Below, piece after piece: positions 7,084-18,070 of a DNA stretch of 33,929 nt (its first letter is position 1; each line of letters opens with the position of its first letter). The notes under the pieces were generated by a model that was not told the origin of the DNA, did not search any database, and saw only the letters and a list, made by a program, of their open reading frames with translations. The position numbers were made by a program, and so were the translations under genes. The stretch comes from an uncultured delta proteobacterium. Its GTDB lineage: Bacteria > Myxococcota_A > Polyangia > Polyangiales > Polyangiaceae. The DNA lies in assembly GCA_903858055.1 (NCBI GenBank), contig CAIOHM010000382.1:1-33929 (forward strand), written 5' to 3'.

Positions 7084-9453
7084 ATGGACAAGCCGATTGC
7101 ACGCGTCGGAGTCATTGGAGCGGGCGTCATGGGGAGCGGCATCGCGGCCCACATGGCGAACGCGGGTATCCCCGTGGTCCTTCTCGACGTGGTTCCCCCG
7201 AACCTCGAGGGCGAGAAGAAGAACGATCGCGCCGCGCGCAACGCGTGGGCCGCGGGCGGCCTCGAGAAGGCCGTAAAGGCGCGCCCCGCCGCCTTCTTCC
7301 ACAAGTCGCGGGCGAAGCTCGTGACCGTGGGCAACGTCGAGGACGACCTCGAGCTCCTCAAGGACTGCGACCTCGTCGTCGAGGCGATCATCGAGAAGCT
7401 CGAGCCGAAGCAGGCGCTCTTTGCGCGCCTCGAAGCGGTGCTCCCGTCGCACGCGGTCGTGGCCTCGAACACCTCGGGCCTCCGCATCGCGACGATGGTC
7501 GAAGGGCGCAGCGAGAACTTCAAGAAGAACTTCCTCGTCATGCACTTCTTCAACCCGGTTCGCTACATGAAGCTCCTCGAGCTCGTGGCGGGCCCGGACA
7601 CGGACCCGAAGGTCTACGACGCGATCGCGCGCTTCGGCCAGAACGTCCTCGGCAAGGGCATCGTTCGCGGCAACGACACGCCGAACTTCATCGGCAACCG
7701 CATCGGCGTCCACGCGATGATGTCGACGATCCACCTCATGCTCGAGCACAAGCTCACGCCCGAGGACGTCGACGCGATCACCGGCGCACCGATGGCGCAC
7801 CCGAAGAGCGCGAGCTTCCGCACGGGCGACCTCGTCGGCCTCGACACCTTCGCGCACGTCGCCCAGAACTGCTGGGACTCCCTCACGACCGACGAAGAGC
7901 GCGAAGTCTTCAAGCTCCCGGCCTTCATGGGCACGATGATCGAGCGCAAGATCCTCGGCGACAAGACGAAGGGTGGATTCTACAAGAAGGCAGGCAAGGA
8001 GCTCTCGACCTTCGACCCCTACACGCTCGAGTACCGCGCGAAGGGCGGCGACGAGGCGATCAAGGCCACGTGCAAGAAGATCGGCAAGATCGAAGACCCG
8101 GCCGAGCGCGTGAAGAAGCTCATGGCCGACGAGGGCGTTTCGGGCACCTTCGCCTGGAAGATCGCTTCGCGCTCGATGGCCTACTCGGCGCGCCGCATCC
8201 CGGAGATCGCCGGTGACGTGGTCGCGATCGACGACGCCATGCGCTGGGGTTACAACTGGGAGCTCGGCCCGTTCCAGATGTGGGACGCGCTCGGCTTCCG
8301 CGCCACCTACGACCGCATGCTCAAGGACGGCATCGCGCTCCCCGACACCGTGAAGCGCATGTACGACTCCGGCGCCGAGTCCTTCTACAAGGGCAAGGAG
8401 ATCTTCGATCTCACGAGCGGCAAGTACGTCGCGCGCGTCCTCGACCCGCGTGAGGTCTCGCTCCCCGAGATGCGCCGCGGCACCGGTCCGGTCCTCAAGA
8501 ACGACGGCGCGGAGGCGTGGGACCTCGGCGACGGCGTCCTCGGTGTGACCTTCAAGACGAAGGCGAACAGCGTCGACCCCGACGTCATCAACTTCCTCTC
8601 GCTCGCGGCCGAGCGCGCGGAGCGTGACTTCCGCGGCATGGTGATCGCGAACGAAGGCGACCACTTCTGCGTCGGCGCGAACCTCTTCCTCGTGGCCATG
8701 GCGTCGAGCCAAGGCGCGTGGGATCAGATTCGCCAGATGGTGAAGGGCTACCAGGCGGCCACGCAGCGCCTCAAGTACGCCAAGGTGCCGGTGATCGCGG
8801 CTCCCTACGGCATGACCCTCGGCGGCGGTCTCGAGCTCTGCTTCGCCTGCGACGGCGTGCAAGCCGCGGCCGAGACCTACGCGGGCCTCGTCGAGGTCGG
8901 CGTCGGCCTCATCCCCGGCGGCGCGGGAACGCTCAACATGCTCTGGCGCTCGCTCGAAGCGATCCCCGAGGGCGTCGCCATCAACACGTTCGAGTTCGTG
9001 GCCAACACGTTCAAGAACATCGCCATGGCGAAGGTCGCCACCAGCGCGGACGAGGCGAAGGCCTTCGGCTACTTCCGCAACGCCGACGGCGTCTCCTTCG
9101 ACAAGGCGCGCCAGCTCACCGAGGCGAAGGCCCGCGTCATCGGCCTCGCCGAGAGCGGCTACCACGCGCCAGCCGCACGCTCCTACGTGCTCCCCGGCGA
9201 GTCGGGCATCGCGACCCTCGAGATGATGGTCGACACGCTCGTCGCCGGCGGCCAGGCCTCCGCGCACGACGGCCTCATCGCGAAGAAGCTCGCATACGTC
9301 CTCTGCGGCGGCGTCTCGGGCGCCTCGCACGAGGTCACCGAGAGCGAGATCCTCGACCTCGAGGCCGAAGCGTTCCTCAGCCTCTGCGGTGAGGCGAAGA
9401 GCCAGGAGCGCATCCAGTACATGCTCATGAACAACAAGCCGCTCCGCAACTAA
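7084..9453 (+). CDS. fadN: Bifunctional 3-hydroxyacyl-CoA dehydrogenase / enoyl-CoA hydratase, FadN-type domain order (dehydrogenase N-terminal)
   Basis: Track ORF 7030..9453, trimmed to ATG 7084. AGGAG lies 6 nt upstream. The N-terminus MDKPIARVGVIGAGVMGSGIAAHMANAGIPVVLLD is a Rossmann GxGxxG motif. The HACD C-terminal helical domain follows (NFIGNRIGVH), then a crotonase-like domain (VIANEGDHFCVGANL...APYGMTLGGGLELC). Length 789 aa. Confidence 0.9.
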   Translation: MDKPIARVGVIGAGVMGSGIAAHMANAGIPVVLLDVVPPNLEGEKKNDRAARNAWAAGGLEKAVKARPAAFFHKSRAKLVTVGNVEDDLELLKDCDLVVEAIIEKLEPKQALFARLEAVLPSHAVVASNTSGLRIATMVEGRSENFKKNFLVMHFFNPVRYMKLLELVAGPDTDPKVYDAIARFGQNVLGKGIVRGNDTPNFIGNRIGVHAMMSTIHLMLEHKLTPEDVDAITGAPMAHPKSASFRTGDLVGLDTFAHVAQNCWDSLTTDEEREVFKLPAFMGTMIERKILGDKTKGGFYKKAGKELSTFDPYTLEYRAKGGDEAIKATCKKIGKIEDPAERVKKLMADEGVSGTFAWKIASRSMAYSARRIPEIAGDVVAIDDAMRWGYNWELGPFQMWDALGFRATYDRMLKDGIALPDTVKRMYDSGAESFYKGKEIFDLTSGKYVARVLDPREVSLPEMRRGTGPVLKNDGAEAWDLGDGVLGVTFKTKANSVDPDVINFLSLAAERAERDFRGMVIANEGDHFCVGANLFLVAMASSQGAWDQIRQMVKGYQAATQRLKYAKVPVIAAPYGMTLGGGLELCFACDGVQAAAETYAGLVEVGVGLIPGGAGTLNMLWRSLEAIPEGVAINTFEFVANTFKNIAMAKVATSADEAKAFGYFRNADGVSFDKARQLTEAKARVIGLAESGYHAPAARSYVLPGESGIATLEMMVDTLVAGGQASAHDGLIAKKLAYVLCGGVSGASHEVTESEILDLEAEAFLSLCGEAKSQERIQYMLMNNKPLRN

Positions 9454-9477
9454 CGGCGCTTTCACTCGGAGAAAACC

Positions 9478-10647
<1,170 letters not shown>

Positions 10648-10668
10648 TCCACGCGAGCAGCGTGCGCG

Positions 10669-10710
10669 CACGAGGCGGTTCGGTCACCCCGAGCCGCCTC
10701 GTGTGTTTTC
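10669..10710 (+). terminator. Rho-independent terminator of the fadN-fadA operon
   Basis: CACGAGGCGGTTCGG (10669-10683) pairs with CCGAGCCGCCTCGTG (10689-10703). The stem is 15 bp including one G-U pair, with a 5-nt loop, followed by TGTTTTC. Confidence 0.85.
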
Positions 10711-10782
10711 GGCCTTCGTCTTCGCGCGCCGACGCCTTCCGTGGTCCTTGTGTCGCCGTCGGTGACGGTGCACCCTCACACC

Positions 10783-11313
10783 ATGCGCTCGCTTCGCCGT
10801 CGCGTCGTCGCCTTCGCCTTCCTCGTGGGGGGCCTCGCGCACGCCGACCTGATCTTCGGCACCGAGCTCGCAGGCACGCTCCCCGGCGAGCGCCTCGAGG
10901 GCAAATACAACGCGAGCCTCGGGCTCCTCGGCAGCATCGCCTACCCCATCGCCTTCGCGAGCGTCGAGGTGCGCCCCGCCTTCGCGCTCGGGTACAGCCG
11001 CTTCGCGAACCCGCGCGACGACTCGCGACCGGTCTGGTTCTACCGCGCGGCCCTCGGCGGCGACCTGCGCTACCCGGGCTTCGTGCTCAAGCCGCTCGTC
11101 GGCGCACACTACGGGTACGCCTGGGGCAACGGAAAAACCCTCAATACGGCGTACGTGAGCGGCACCACGTACGACTGGGAGGTCGGCGTGGACTACCCCC
11201 TCGAGACCCACATCGAAGTCGGCGCGCGCCTGCGCCGCGTCACGATCGCCGGCGACGAAGCCGACGACGCGCGCTTCTGGACCGCCGGTCTTTTCGCAGC
11301 GCTAGCCTACTGA
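10783..11313 (+). CDS. Small outer-membrane beta-barrel protein (OmpA-like/porin-family fold), function unknown
   Basis: Track ORF 10741..11313, trimmed to ATG 10783. Signal peptide [23 protein letters not shown]. Alternating hydrophobic/aromatic beta-strand pattern ([47 protein letters not shown]). C-terminal aromatic residue (...GLFAALAY). Confidence 0.6.
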   Translation: MRSLRRRVVAFAFLVGGLAHADLIFGTELAGTLPGERLEGKYNASLGLLGSIAYPIAFASVEVRPAFALGYSRFANPRDDSRPVWFYRAALGGDLRYPGFVLKPLVGAHYGYAWGNGKTLNTAYVSGTTYDWEVGVDYPLETHIEVGARLRRVTIAGDEADDARFWTAGLFAALAY

Positions 11314-11353
11314 CACGTACGCCGCGCGGGGCGTATCGTGGGTCCCCGAGGGC

Positions 11354-14300
11354 ATGAGCAACGCACCGAGCGCCGAGCAGGAGCTGGCAGGAGACGCCTC
11401 CGACGAGCACGACGAACACGACGATCGTGAGGTCGTGAGCGCGGCGGGAGCGCTCTCGAACGACGGCGCCGAGGCCCAAGCGCTCGCAGACCCGCGCGCG
11501 TTCGCCGACGAGGTCAGCGGAGATACGCTCGCCATGAGCGCGAGCGGCCTCGACGCAGAGGCGTTCGAAGAGCTCTTCGCCGCGCGACGCTTGCTCGTCT
11601 CCCACGGCCACCGCGCAGCCGCCTTGCGCGTCGACCTCGCGCTCGCCGAAGGCGCCTTCGACGCGGACGATCTCGAGAGCGCGAAGAGCTGGCTCCTTGG
11701 GGCGAGCCGCGCGGCCCAAGAGCTCGGCGACGACGCGCTCTCGGCGCACGCGCACGTGCTCGCGGTCTTCGGCTGGCGCAAGAACGCCTACGATCGTCCG
11801 CTCACGGTGCTGGCCTCGAACGCTGCATGGCCGGCCGCGCTCCGTCACGACGTCGCCCTGGCCAACGCGCTCCTCACGGCGGTGGACGATCCGCGCGAGG
11901 CGGCTTCGGCGCTCGGCGTGCTCCTCGGGAGCGAGGCGCGACCGACGCGGCGCGTGCGCATGCTCCTCGACCTCGCGCGGCTGACCACGCGAACGGGCGA
12001 GGGCAAGCCGCAGCCCCTGATTGCGGAGGCGATCGCGCTCGCGTCGAGCCATGGTTTTCGCCGCCTCGAAGCCCGCGCGCACCTCGAGCTCGCGTGGGTC
12101 TTCGTGCACGACGACGACACGGCGGCCGGCCTCCGCGAGGCGTCCGCAGCGCACGCCGCCTTTGGCAGCGCAGCCTCGTCGGTTGATCGCTTGCAGCTTG
12201 CACGCGTTTTTCGAAGAACGGGGCGACGCTTCGCCGATCGTGCGCTGAGCGACGGCTCCGTGCGCGCCCTCGAAACCTCGGAGCGCGGACAAGGCGCGGT
12301 GCAGGGAGCGCTGCTCGCCATGCGCGCGGTCTCCGAGCGGGCCGTCATGGGCATCGCGAGCCGCACGCTCGGGGCGCCGGATCCCCACTTCGGCCAGGTG
12401 GTGAAGCTCGCGCTCGACGAGCTCCGCGCGGTGCATCGCCAACGCGGGCGGGAGGCGCTCGGCGAGCTGACGCGCGCGGCTCGGGAGCTCGCGGTGGAGC
12501 TCGTCGGCGTCGAAGAACAGGCTGCGAAGCTCCGCCTCTTGCTCGAGCGCATTCCGCGCCTCGAGCAGTCCGCAGGACTCGAGAACGCGACGGACGCCCT
12601 CTGCGCCCTCGGCCTCGAGATCCTCGACGCGGACCTGGCCGTCGTCGTGCTCGAGCAGCGCCCGGGACAAGGGCTCGAGGTCGTCGCGCAGAAGTCCCGC
12701 ACCGGTCAGCCTTCCGAACGTTGGCGTCCACACGTGGGTGCCGAGCTCACGGGTATGGGGACCGTGCGGCGTCCTTCGAGCGCCCCGCGCGGCGACTCGA
12801 GCCTCGGGTCACACCTCGTCGCGCCCATCTACGCGGGTGATCGAATCGGGTCGTTCTACGCGGACCGCCAGTCGCGCGGCGGGCAGTTCGTCGAGCTCGA
12901 CGAGCGCATCGGCACGTTGCTCGGCGACTACATCTCGCTCGTGCTCAGCCGCTCCGCCGCGCATAAGACCGAGCGGCGCTTGCACCGGCAGCTCGAGGCG
13001 ACCTTCGACGCGATCCGCCAGGGTATTCTCAGCGTGGGCGGCGATGGCGCGATCCTCGCGGCCAACGCGGACGCGCTGCGCATCCTCCGCCTGCCCGCGC
13101 GCGACGTCGTCGGACGCAAGCTCTCCGACTTCCACGATCTGCGCGATCTCGAGGCGGCGCTGCCCGTGAGCCGGCGCCTCGACGGTGTGGTCGTGAAGAT
13201 CGGCGCCGTGAATACCGTCGTCACGGCGCGTCCCTTCGACGACGGCTCTGCGGCCGGCGGTCTTCTCCTCTCGTTCGTCGAGTTCGAGCGCGCGCAGACC
13301 CTCGCGCGGCGCATCAGCGCCATTCGGCCCCGCTACACGTTCGAAGACTGCGTCGGCGAGAGCGCGTCGATGCGCGCCGCCGTTCAGCTCGGCCGCCAAG
13401 CCGCCCTCGTCGACGCGACCGTGCTCATCACCGGCGAGAGCGGCACGGGCAAGGAGGTGCTCGCGCAGGCCATCCACGCATCGAGCAGCCGCGCCGGCGC
13501 ACCCTTCGTGGGCATCAACTGCGCCGCGCTCCCCCGTGATCTCCTCGAGGCGGAGCTCTTCGGCTACGAAAAGGGCGCCTTCACCGGCGCGAAAGCCGAG
13601 GGCAACGCGGGCAAGTTCGAGCTCGCCGGCGACGGCACGATCCTCCTCGACGAAATCGGCGACATGCCGCTCGACATGCAGGCCAAGCTCTTGCGCGTGC
13701 TGCAAGAGCGATCGGTGCAGCGCCTCGGCGGAAACCGTGAGCGTCCCGTGAACGCGCGCGTGATCGCGACCACGCACCAGAACCTCGAGGCGCACGTCGC
13801 CGAGGGGAAGTTCCGCTTGGACCTCCTCTTCCGTTTGCGCGTGCTCGCGATCGAGCTGCCCGCGCTGCGCGATCGCCGCGACGACATCGTCCCGCTCTGC
13901 CTCCACTACCTCCAGCGCTTCGCCGAGCAGCAAGGGAAGCGCGTGCACGGTATCGCACCGGCGCTCGCGGGCGAGCTCGAGGCGTACGAGAGGCCGGGCA
14001 ACATCCGCGAAGTCGCCAAAGTCATGGAGAGCGAGGTCTCGCGCCTCGGCCACGAGGTCCCGCTCCTCACGACGCTCACCGCGCGCCTCCTTGGAAATTC
14101 CCCGATCTCCACGTTCCTCCAGAGTCAGCGCGGTCCCGCGTCCACGGTCTGGTCCTCGCCCGCGAGCTCGCCTTCCGTCACGCCCACGACCCCGCCCGTG
14201 GAGGCCATCGTTCGCCCTGGCGTCATCGAGCCGCTGTCGGTCGTCGAGAAGCGCGCGTTCATGCAAGCGTTCGATCTTTGCGGCGGCAACGTGGCGAAGG

Positions 14301-14518
14301 CTGCGCAGGCGCTCGGCGTCTCGAAGGTGACCTTCTATGCCAAGCTGAAGCAGTGGGGCGTGCAAGTGGCCTCGCGGGCCAAGGCGCCGAGCGACGACGT
14401 CATCGAGCGCGAGGTTCAGCGTCGCCTCGAGGAGCGTCTCCGCGCGCTCTCGCCTGCGCTCCCGCCGGTAGAGCTCGACGAGAACTTCGACCCGCCCACG
14501 CCGCGCGTTCCTCGCTGA
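11354..14518 (+). CDS. Sigma-54-dependent transcriptional activator (bEBP) with long helical N-terminal region, GAF, PAS, AAA+ and Fis-type HTH
   Basis: Track ORF of 1054 aa. Walker A is [11 protein letters not shown] and Walker B is LLDEIGDM. The sigma-54 contact loop GAFTGA is present ([13 protein letters not shown]), as is an R-finger region. The C-terminal HTH is [27 protein letters not shown]. Upstream are a GAF-like segment ([19 protein letters not shown]) and a PAS-like segment ([32 protein letters not shown]). Confidence 0.9.
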   Translation: MSNAPSAEQELAGDASDEHDEHDDREVVSAAGALSNDGAEAQALADPRAFADEVSGDTLAMSASGLDAEAFEELFAARRLLVSHGHRAAALRVDLALAEGAFDADDLESAKSWLLGASRAAQELGDDALSAHAHVLAVFGWRKNAYDRPLTVLASNAAWPAALRHDVALANALLTAVDDPREAASALGVLLGSEARPTRRVRMLLDLARLTTRTGEGKPQPLIAEAIALASSHGFRRLEARAHLELAWVFVHDDDTAAGLREASAAHAAFGSAASSVDRLQLARVFRRTGRRFADRALSDGSVRALETSERGQGAVQGALLAMRAVSERAVMGIASRTLGAPDPHFGQVVKLALDELRAVHRQRGREALGELTRAARELAVELVGVEEQAAKLRLLLERIPRLEQSAGLENATDALCALGLEILDADLAVVVLEQRPGQGLEVVAQKSRTGQPSERWRPHVGAELTGMGTVRRPSSAPRGDSSLGSHLVAPIYAGDRIGSFYADRQSRGGQFVELDERIGTLLGDYISLVLSRSAAHKTERRLHRQLEATFDAIRQGILSVGGDGAILAANADALRILRLPARDVVGRKLSDFHDLRDLEAALPVSRRLDGVVVKIGAVNTVVTARPFDDGSAAGGLLLSFVEFERAQTLARRISAIRPRYTFEDCVGESASMRAAVQLGRQAALVDATVLITGESGTGKEVLAQAIHASSSRAGAPFVGINCAALPRDLLEAELFGYEKGAFTGAKAEGNAGKFELAGDGTILLDEIGDMPLDMQAKLLRVLQERSVQRLGGNRERPVNARVIATTHQNLEAHVAEGKFRLDLLFRLRVLAIELPALRDRRDDIVPLCLHYLQRFAEQQGKRVHGIAPALAGELEAYERPGNIREVAKVMESEVSRLGHEVPLLTTLTARLLGNSPISTFLQSQRGPASTVWSSPASSPSVTPTTPPVEAIVRPGVIEPLSVVEKRAFMQAFDLCGGNVAKAAQALGVSKVTFYAKLKQWGVQVASRAKAPSDDVIEREVQRRLEERLRALSPALPPVELDENFDPPTPRVPR

Positions 14519-14564
14519 GCGCGCGGCCATTTGCCGAGCGACCGATTCGCACTACGTCGGTGCC

Positions 14565-15605
14565 ATGGCCGCTTCCACGCCGAACCTCGATCCGCTCCCG
14601 AGCACCATGCGCGCCGTCGTCTTGCACGACGCCAAGGGGGGCCTCGACGCGCTGCGGATCGAAGAGCGCGCGGTGCCGAAGGCCGGGCCCGGCGAGGTTC
14701 TCGTCAAGATCGCCGCTTCGCCCGTGAACCCGTCGGACCTCATGTTCACGAAGGGCATGTACGGCATCACCAAGCCCGTCCCCGTCGTGCCCGGCTTCGA
14801 GGGCAGCGGGCGCGTCGTCGGCGCGGGCGGTGGCTTCGCGGCGCAGGCCCTCGTGGGGCTCCGCGTCGCCGTGTCGGCGTCGATCGACGGCGACGGCACC
14901 TGGGCCGAATACGCGCGCGTGCCGGTGCAGCAGTGCATCCCGCTCCTGCCCTGGGTGGGCGATGACGAGGCCGCCTCGGCGATCGTGAACCCGCTCACGG
15001 CCCACGCACTCGTGCAGCTTGCACGCAAACAGGGACACGAGGGTGTCGTGCAAACGGCGGGAGCGTCGGCGCTCGGGCGCATGCTCGTGCGCCTCTGCAA
15101 GCGCGAGGGGCTCCCGCTCGTGAGCGTGGTGCGCCGTGAGGAGCAGGCGAGGGCACTGCGCGATCTCGGCGCCACGCACGTCGTCGACAGCTCGACCGAA
15201 GGGTGGCGCGAGACGCTCCGCCACATGGCGCGCGACGTGAAGGCCTCCGTCGCCTTCGAAGCGGTCGCAGGCAAGCTCACCGGCGAGATCGCGGCCGCCA
15301 TGCCCCATGGCTCGACGATCGTCGTCTACGGCGGGCTCTCGGAGACGCCGTGCTCCGTCGATCCGCGCGAGCTCATCTTCCGCGGCATTCACGTGCAGGG
15401 CTTCTGGCTCGCGGACTGGTTCCGAACCGCGGGGCTCCCGGCGGTGCTCGAGGGAGGCGTCGCCGTCCAGCGCCGCATTCGCCAAGAGTTCGCGACGACC
15501 ATCCGCGACAAGGTGGGCTTCGATCGCTTCCTCTCCGCGACGCGCGACTACGAGGCGCGCATGAGCGAGGGCAAGATCCTCCTGTGCCCGTCGTTTCCGG
15601 CCTGA
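14565..15605 (+). CDS. Medium-chain dehydrogenase/reductase, quinone oxidoreductase / enoyl-reductase-like (zinc-independent type)
   Basis: Track ORF of 346 aa. GroES-like N-terminus (MRAVVLHD...GPGEVLVKIAASPVNPSDL...PVVPGFEGSGRVV) followed by a Rossmann domain (VVQTAGASALGRMLVRLCKREG). Confidence 0.8.
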   Translation: MAASTPNLDPLPSTMRAVVLHDAKGGLDALRIEERAVPKAGPGEVLVKIAASPVNPSDLMFTKGMYGITKPVPVVPGFEGSGRVVGAGGGFAAQALVGLRVAVSASIDGDGTWAEYARVPVQQCIPLLPWVGDDEAASAIVNPLTAHALVQLARKQGHEGVVQTAGASALGRMLVRLCKREGLPLVSVVRREEQARALRDLGATHVVDSSTEGWRETLRHMARDVKASVAFEAVAGKLTGEIAAAMPHGSTIVVYGGLSETPCSVDPRELIFRGIHVQGFWLADWFRTAGLPAVLEGGVAVQRRIRQEFATTIRDKVGFDRFLSATRDYEARMSEGKILLCPSFPA

Positions 15606-15612
15606 GCCGCGT

Positions 15613-16065
15613 TCAGCGTCGGTCGCGGAAGCGCTCGTCCCAGTCGTCGGCGACGGTGCCCACGGTGTCGATGAGGTCTTCGAGCTCTTCGTAGTCGAGC
15701 CCGGAGAGTCGGCGGAGCGCGCGCACGACAATGCGCTTCGACGCCGCGTCGATCGCGAAGGCGGCGTCGCTCGTCGAGAGGTACGACGCCTCGAGGAGTT
15801 CGCAGTAGAGCTCTTCGCGCGAGCCTTCGGGGATGTTCCCGACGGGCGCGTGGATGACGAGCACGCCGTGGTCTTCGAGGACCATGATGCTCACGAGCGC
15901 CGAACCGTGACGGATGTCGGCGCGCCCCGAGGAGTCGATGCGCGGCATGGGGCGGCCGACGCTGCGGCCGTAGCGCTCGAGGTAGTGATCCACCATCGCG
16001 CGCGCGTTGATGAAGCGCATGCCGGTATCGCGGTCGGCGTAGAGGCGCTCGTTGCCTTCGGACAT
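15613..16065 (-). CDS. YbjN-like / type III-secretion-chaperone-like small cytoplasmic protein
   Basis: C-terminal 150 aa of track ORF 15613..16374, starting at ATG 16063-16065 (MSEGNERLYADRDTGMRFINARAMVDHYLERYG...). The size, acidic C-terminus and alpha/beta pattern (GSALVSIMVLEDHGVLVIHAPVGNIP...ELYCELLEASYLSTSDAAFAID...IVVRALRRLSGLDYEELEDLIDTV) fit the YbjN/CesT-like fold family. The upstream extension would overlap the divergent kinase gene. Confidence 0.55.
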   Translation of the reverse strand: MSEGNERLYADRDTGMRFINARAMVDHYLERYGRSVGRPMPRIDSSGRADIRHGSALVSIMVLEDHGVLVIHAPVGNIPEGSREELYCELLEASYLSTSDAAFAIDAASKRIVVRALRRLSGLDYEELEDLIDTVGTVADDWDERFRDRR

Positions 16066-16156
16066 GCGGGCATCGTCGCAAGAGATGCGCGCGGCGGCAA
16101 GGGTGCGTGTCTCGGCCCGCCTTGCTTCGAGGCGGACGCGGTGCGACGCTCCATCG

Positions 16157-18061
16157 ATGGACACCGCGGCGCAAGTCGACCCCGAGGCGATGCTCGGTCG
16201 CGTCGTGGGTGGAAAGTACGAGCTCCTCGCGAAGCTCGGCACCGGCGGCATGGGCGCCGTGTACCGCGCGCGCCACCGGGACCTCGGCACCACCGTGGCG
16301 CTCAAGCTCATGCTCGCGTGCGACGCAGAGCACGCACGACGCTTCGAGCGCGAGGCCGCGGCGCTCGCGCGCATCGATCACCGGAGCGTGGTGCGCGTCC
16401 TCGACTACGGCCGCGACGAGGGCGGGTACCCCTACCTCGTCATGGAGCACGTCACCGGCGTTGACCTCCAGCGGCTCGTCGAAACCCAGGGAGCGCTGCC
16501 GCTCGAGCGCGTCGTGGCGCTCGGCTCGGACATCCTCGCAGGCCTCGCCGCGGTGCACGACACCGGCATCGTGCACCGCGACATGAAGCCCTCCAACGTG
16601 CTCGTCACGCGCGCCCGCGACGACGAAGGACGCACGGTCGAGATCGCCAAGATCTGCGACTTCGGCATCGCCATCGTCGACGACCCCGCGAGCCAAGACG
16701 CGGCGCCGCTTACGCGCACGGGGTACGTCGTGGGCACGCCCGAGTACATGGCGCCGGAGCAGGCGCTCGGTCGCGGCGTCACCGCGCAAACCGACCTCTA
16801 CGCAACGGGCGTCTTGCTCTTCGAGCTCGCAACGGCGAGCCGGCCCTACGGTGGGGCCACACCGGTGGAGATCGCCGTGAAGCATGTCTCCGCGGAGGTG
16901 CCGCGTCCGTCTTCGCTCGTGCCGCTTCCGGAGGCGTTCGATGCATTCTGCACTCAAGCACTGAGCAAGGAACCTGCGGCGCGCCACGCCGATGCGCGGG
17001 CGATGCGGCGCGCGCTCCTCGACGTGTTGCGGGTCGCCGACCAGGTGAGCGGCGCGGCCACGGTCGCCACGCGGCGCGTGAGCCTCACGCCGGCCCGGCC
17101 GGAGACCCCGCGTACGCAGGAGGTCATGTCCTTCGACGCGCCCTTCGCGGACGAGCAGGACGACGCAGGCGAGGATCTTCCGCTGCTCGTGGCCCCGGCG
17201 AGACCCGCGTGGCTTCCTTGGCTTGGCGGCGGCGCTGCGGTGGTCCTCCTCGCGCTCGTGGCGCGTGCGATCGGCAGCGAAGATCCACCCGCGCGCGGTG
17301 CTTCGGCGGACCGCGAGGAGGTCACGATGGCCGCGAGCGGCGGTGCGGCGCGCGGCAACGCGAAGCGCGAGCCAGGCGTCGATCGCACGGTGCACCTGGC
17401 GCCCATGCGCATCGATACCCGCGACACACCGGCGGCTCGGGCGCTCTCGACGGCGGACGCGCCCTCGCCTCGGGCGATCTCCACCACGGCCCCGCCCTCG
17501 CCGCGCGCGATCGGCACGGAGCCTTCACCAAGCGCCCCGGCGACGAGCCCCGGGCGCGCGCTCGTGGTGCGTTCGAGCGACCCCGTGGAGGCGGCGGGGG
17601 GAGGCGGTGCGGTCGCTTCGGCCTCGCCCCGCACGGGCCCGCTCGCCGCGGGCGGTGACCCAAAGTCCGGCGTCGCGGCGGCGACCTTGCCGAACACGGC
17701 GCCGACCGTGGCGGACGCGCTCCGCGAGGTGCACCGCGCCCTCGGTTCGATCACGCGCGTGCAGGCGGGTCCTGGCCTCGCCGAGAGCGACGTCGCGGCC
17801 CAGGGCGAGCGCGCCAAGCGGGCCCTCGAACAGTGCACCGTCCGCAACGCGGGAGGGCTCGCGCGCGGCAACCTCGGGGAGACCGTTGCGCGCCTGCAGG
17901 TCTCACCGGAGGGCAAGGTCGTCGGGGTGGTCTTCGACGGCGGCGCGTGGCCCGAGGGCGCTCGCGGCTGCGCTCAGCGTGCCCTCGTGGGCATGTACCT
18001 GCCGCACGCGCTGCCGAGCGCGACGAGCGCGATCATCGGCCTCGGTCTCCTGCTCGAGTGA
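16157..18061 (+). CDS. Membrane-anchored Hanks-type Ser/Thr protein kinase with extracytoplasmic C-terminal domain
   Basis: Track ORF 16052..18061, trimmed to ATG 16157 (MDTAAQVDPEAMLGRVVGGKYELLAKLGTGGMGAVYRARH). Motifs: VALK, HRDMKPSN, DFG, GTPEYMAPEQ. One TM helix (WLPWLGGGAAVVLLALVARAI). A Pro/Ala/Ser-rich spacer contains a PSPRAI repeat. The ~120-aa C-terminal domain has two Cys. Confidence 0.9.
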   Translation: MDTAAQVDPEAMLGRVVGGKYELLAKLGTGGMGAVYRARHRDLGTTVALKLMLACDAEHARRFEREAAALARIDHRSVVRVLDYGRDEGGYPYLVMEHVTGVDLQRLVETQGALPLERVVALGSDILAGLAAVHDTGIVHRDMKPSNVLVTRARDDEGRTVEIAKICDFGIAIVDDPASQDAAPLTRTGYVVGTPEYMAPEQALGRGVTAQTDLYATGVLLFELATASRPYGGATPVEIAVKHVSAEVPRPSSLVPLPEAFDAFCTQALSKEPAARHADARAMRRALLDVLRVADQVSGAATVATRRVSLTPARPETPRTQEVMSFDAPFADEQDDAGEDLPLLVAPARPAWLPWLGGGAAVVLLALVARAIGSEDPPARGASADREEVTMAASGGAARGNAKREPGVDRTVHLAPMRIDTRDTPAARALSTADAPSPRAISTTAPPSPRAIGTEPSPSAPATSPGRALVVRSSDPVEAAGGGGAVASASPRTGPLAAGGDPKSGVAAATLPNTAPTVADALREVHRALGSITRVQAGPGLAESDVAAQGERAKRALEQCTVRNAGGLARGNLGETVARLQVSPEGKVVGVVFDGGAWPEGARGCAQRALVGMYLPHALPSATSAIIGLGLLLE

Positions 18062-18070
18062 CCTCTGCGG

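Noticed and set aside
11318-11341. Hairpin TACGCC-GCGCGG-GGCGTA between the beta-barrel gene and the sigma-54 activator gene, considered as a terminator
   Set aside because: The stem is only 6 bp, there is no U-tract, and it lies 15 nt from the next start codon. This is insufficient to call a terminator.
12809-14530. 573-aa minus-strand ORF
   Set aside because: It is antisense to the AAA+/HTH part of the sigma-54 activator, whose Walker A, GAFTGA and Fis-HTH motifs fix the true frame.
16052-16374. N-terminal extensions of the kinase ORF (from 16052) and the YbjN-like ORF (up to 16374)
   Set aside because: The two extensions would overlap each other on opposite strands, are Arg/Ala-rich, and precede well-placed ATGs (16157 and 16065) from which the conserved domains begin. 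I therefore trimmed both.
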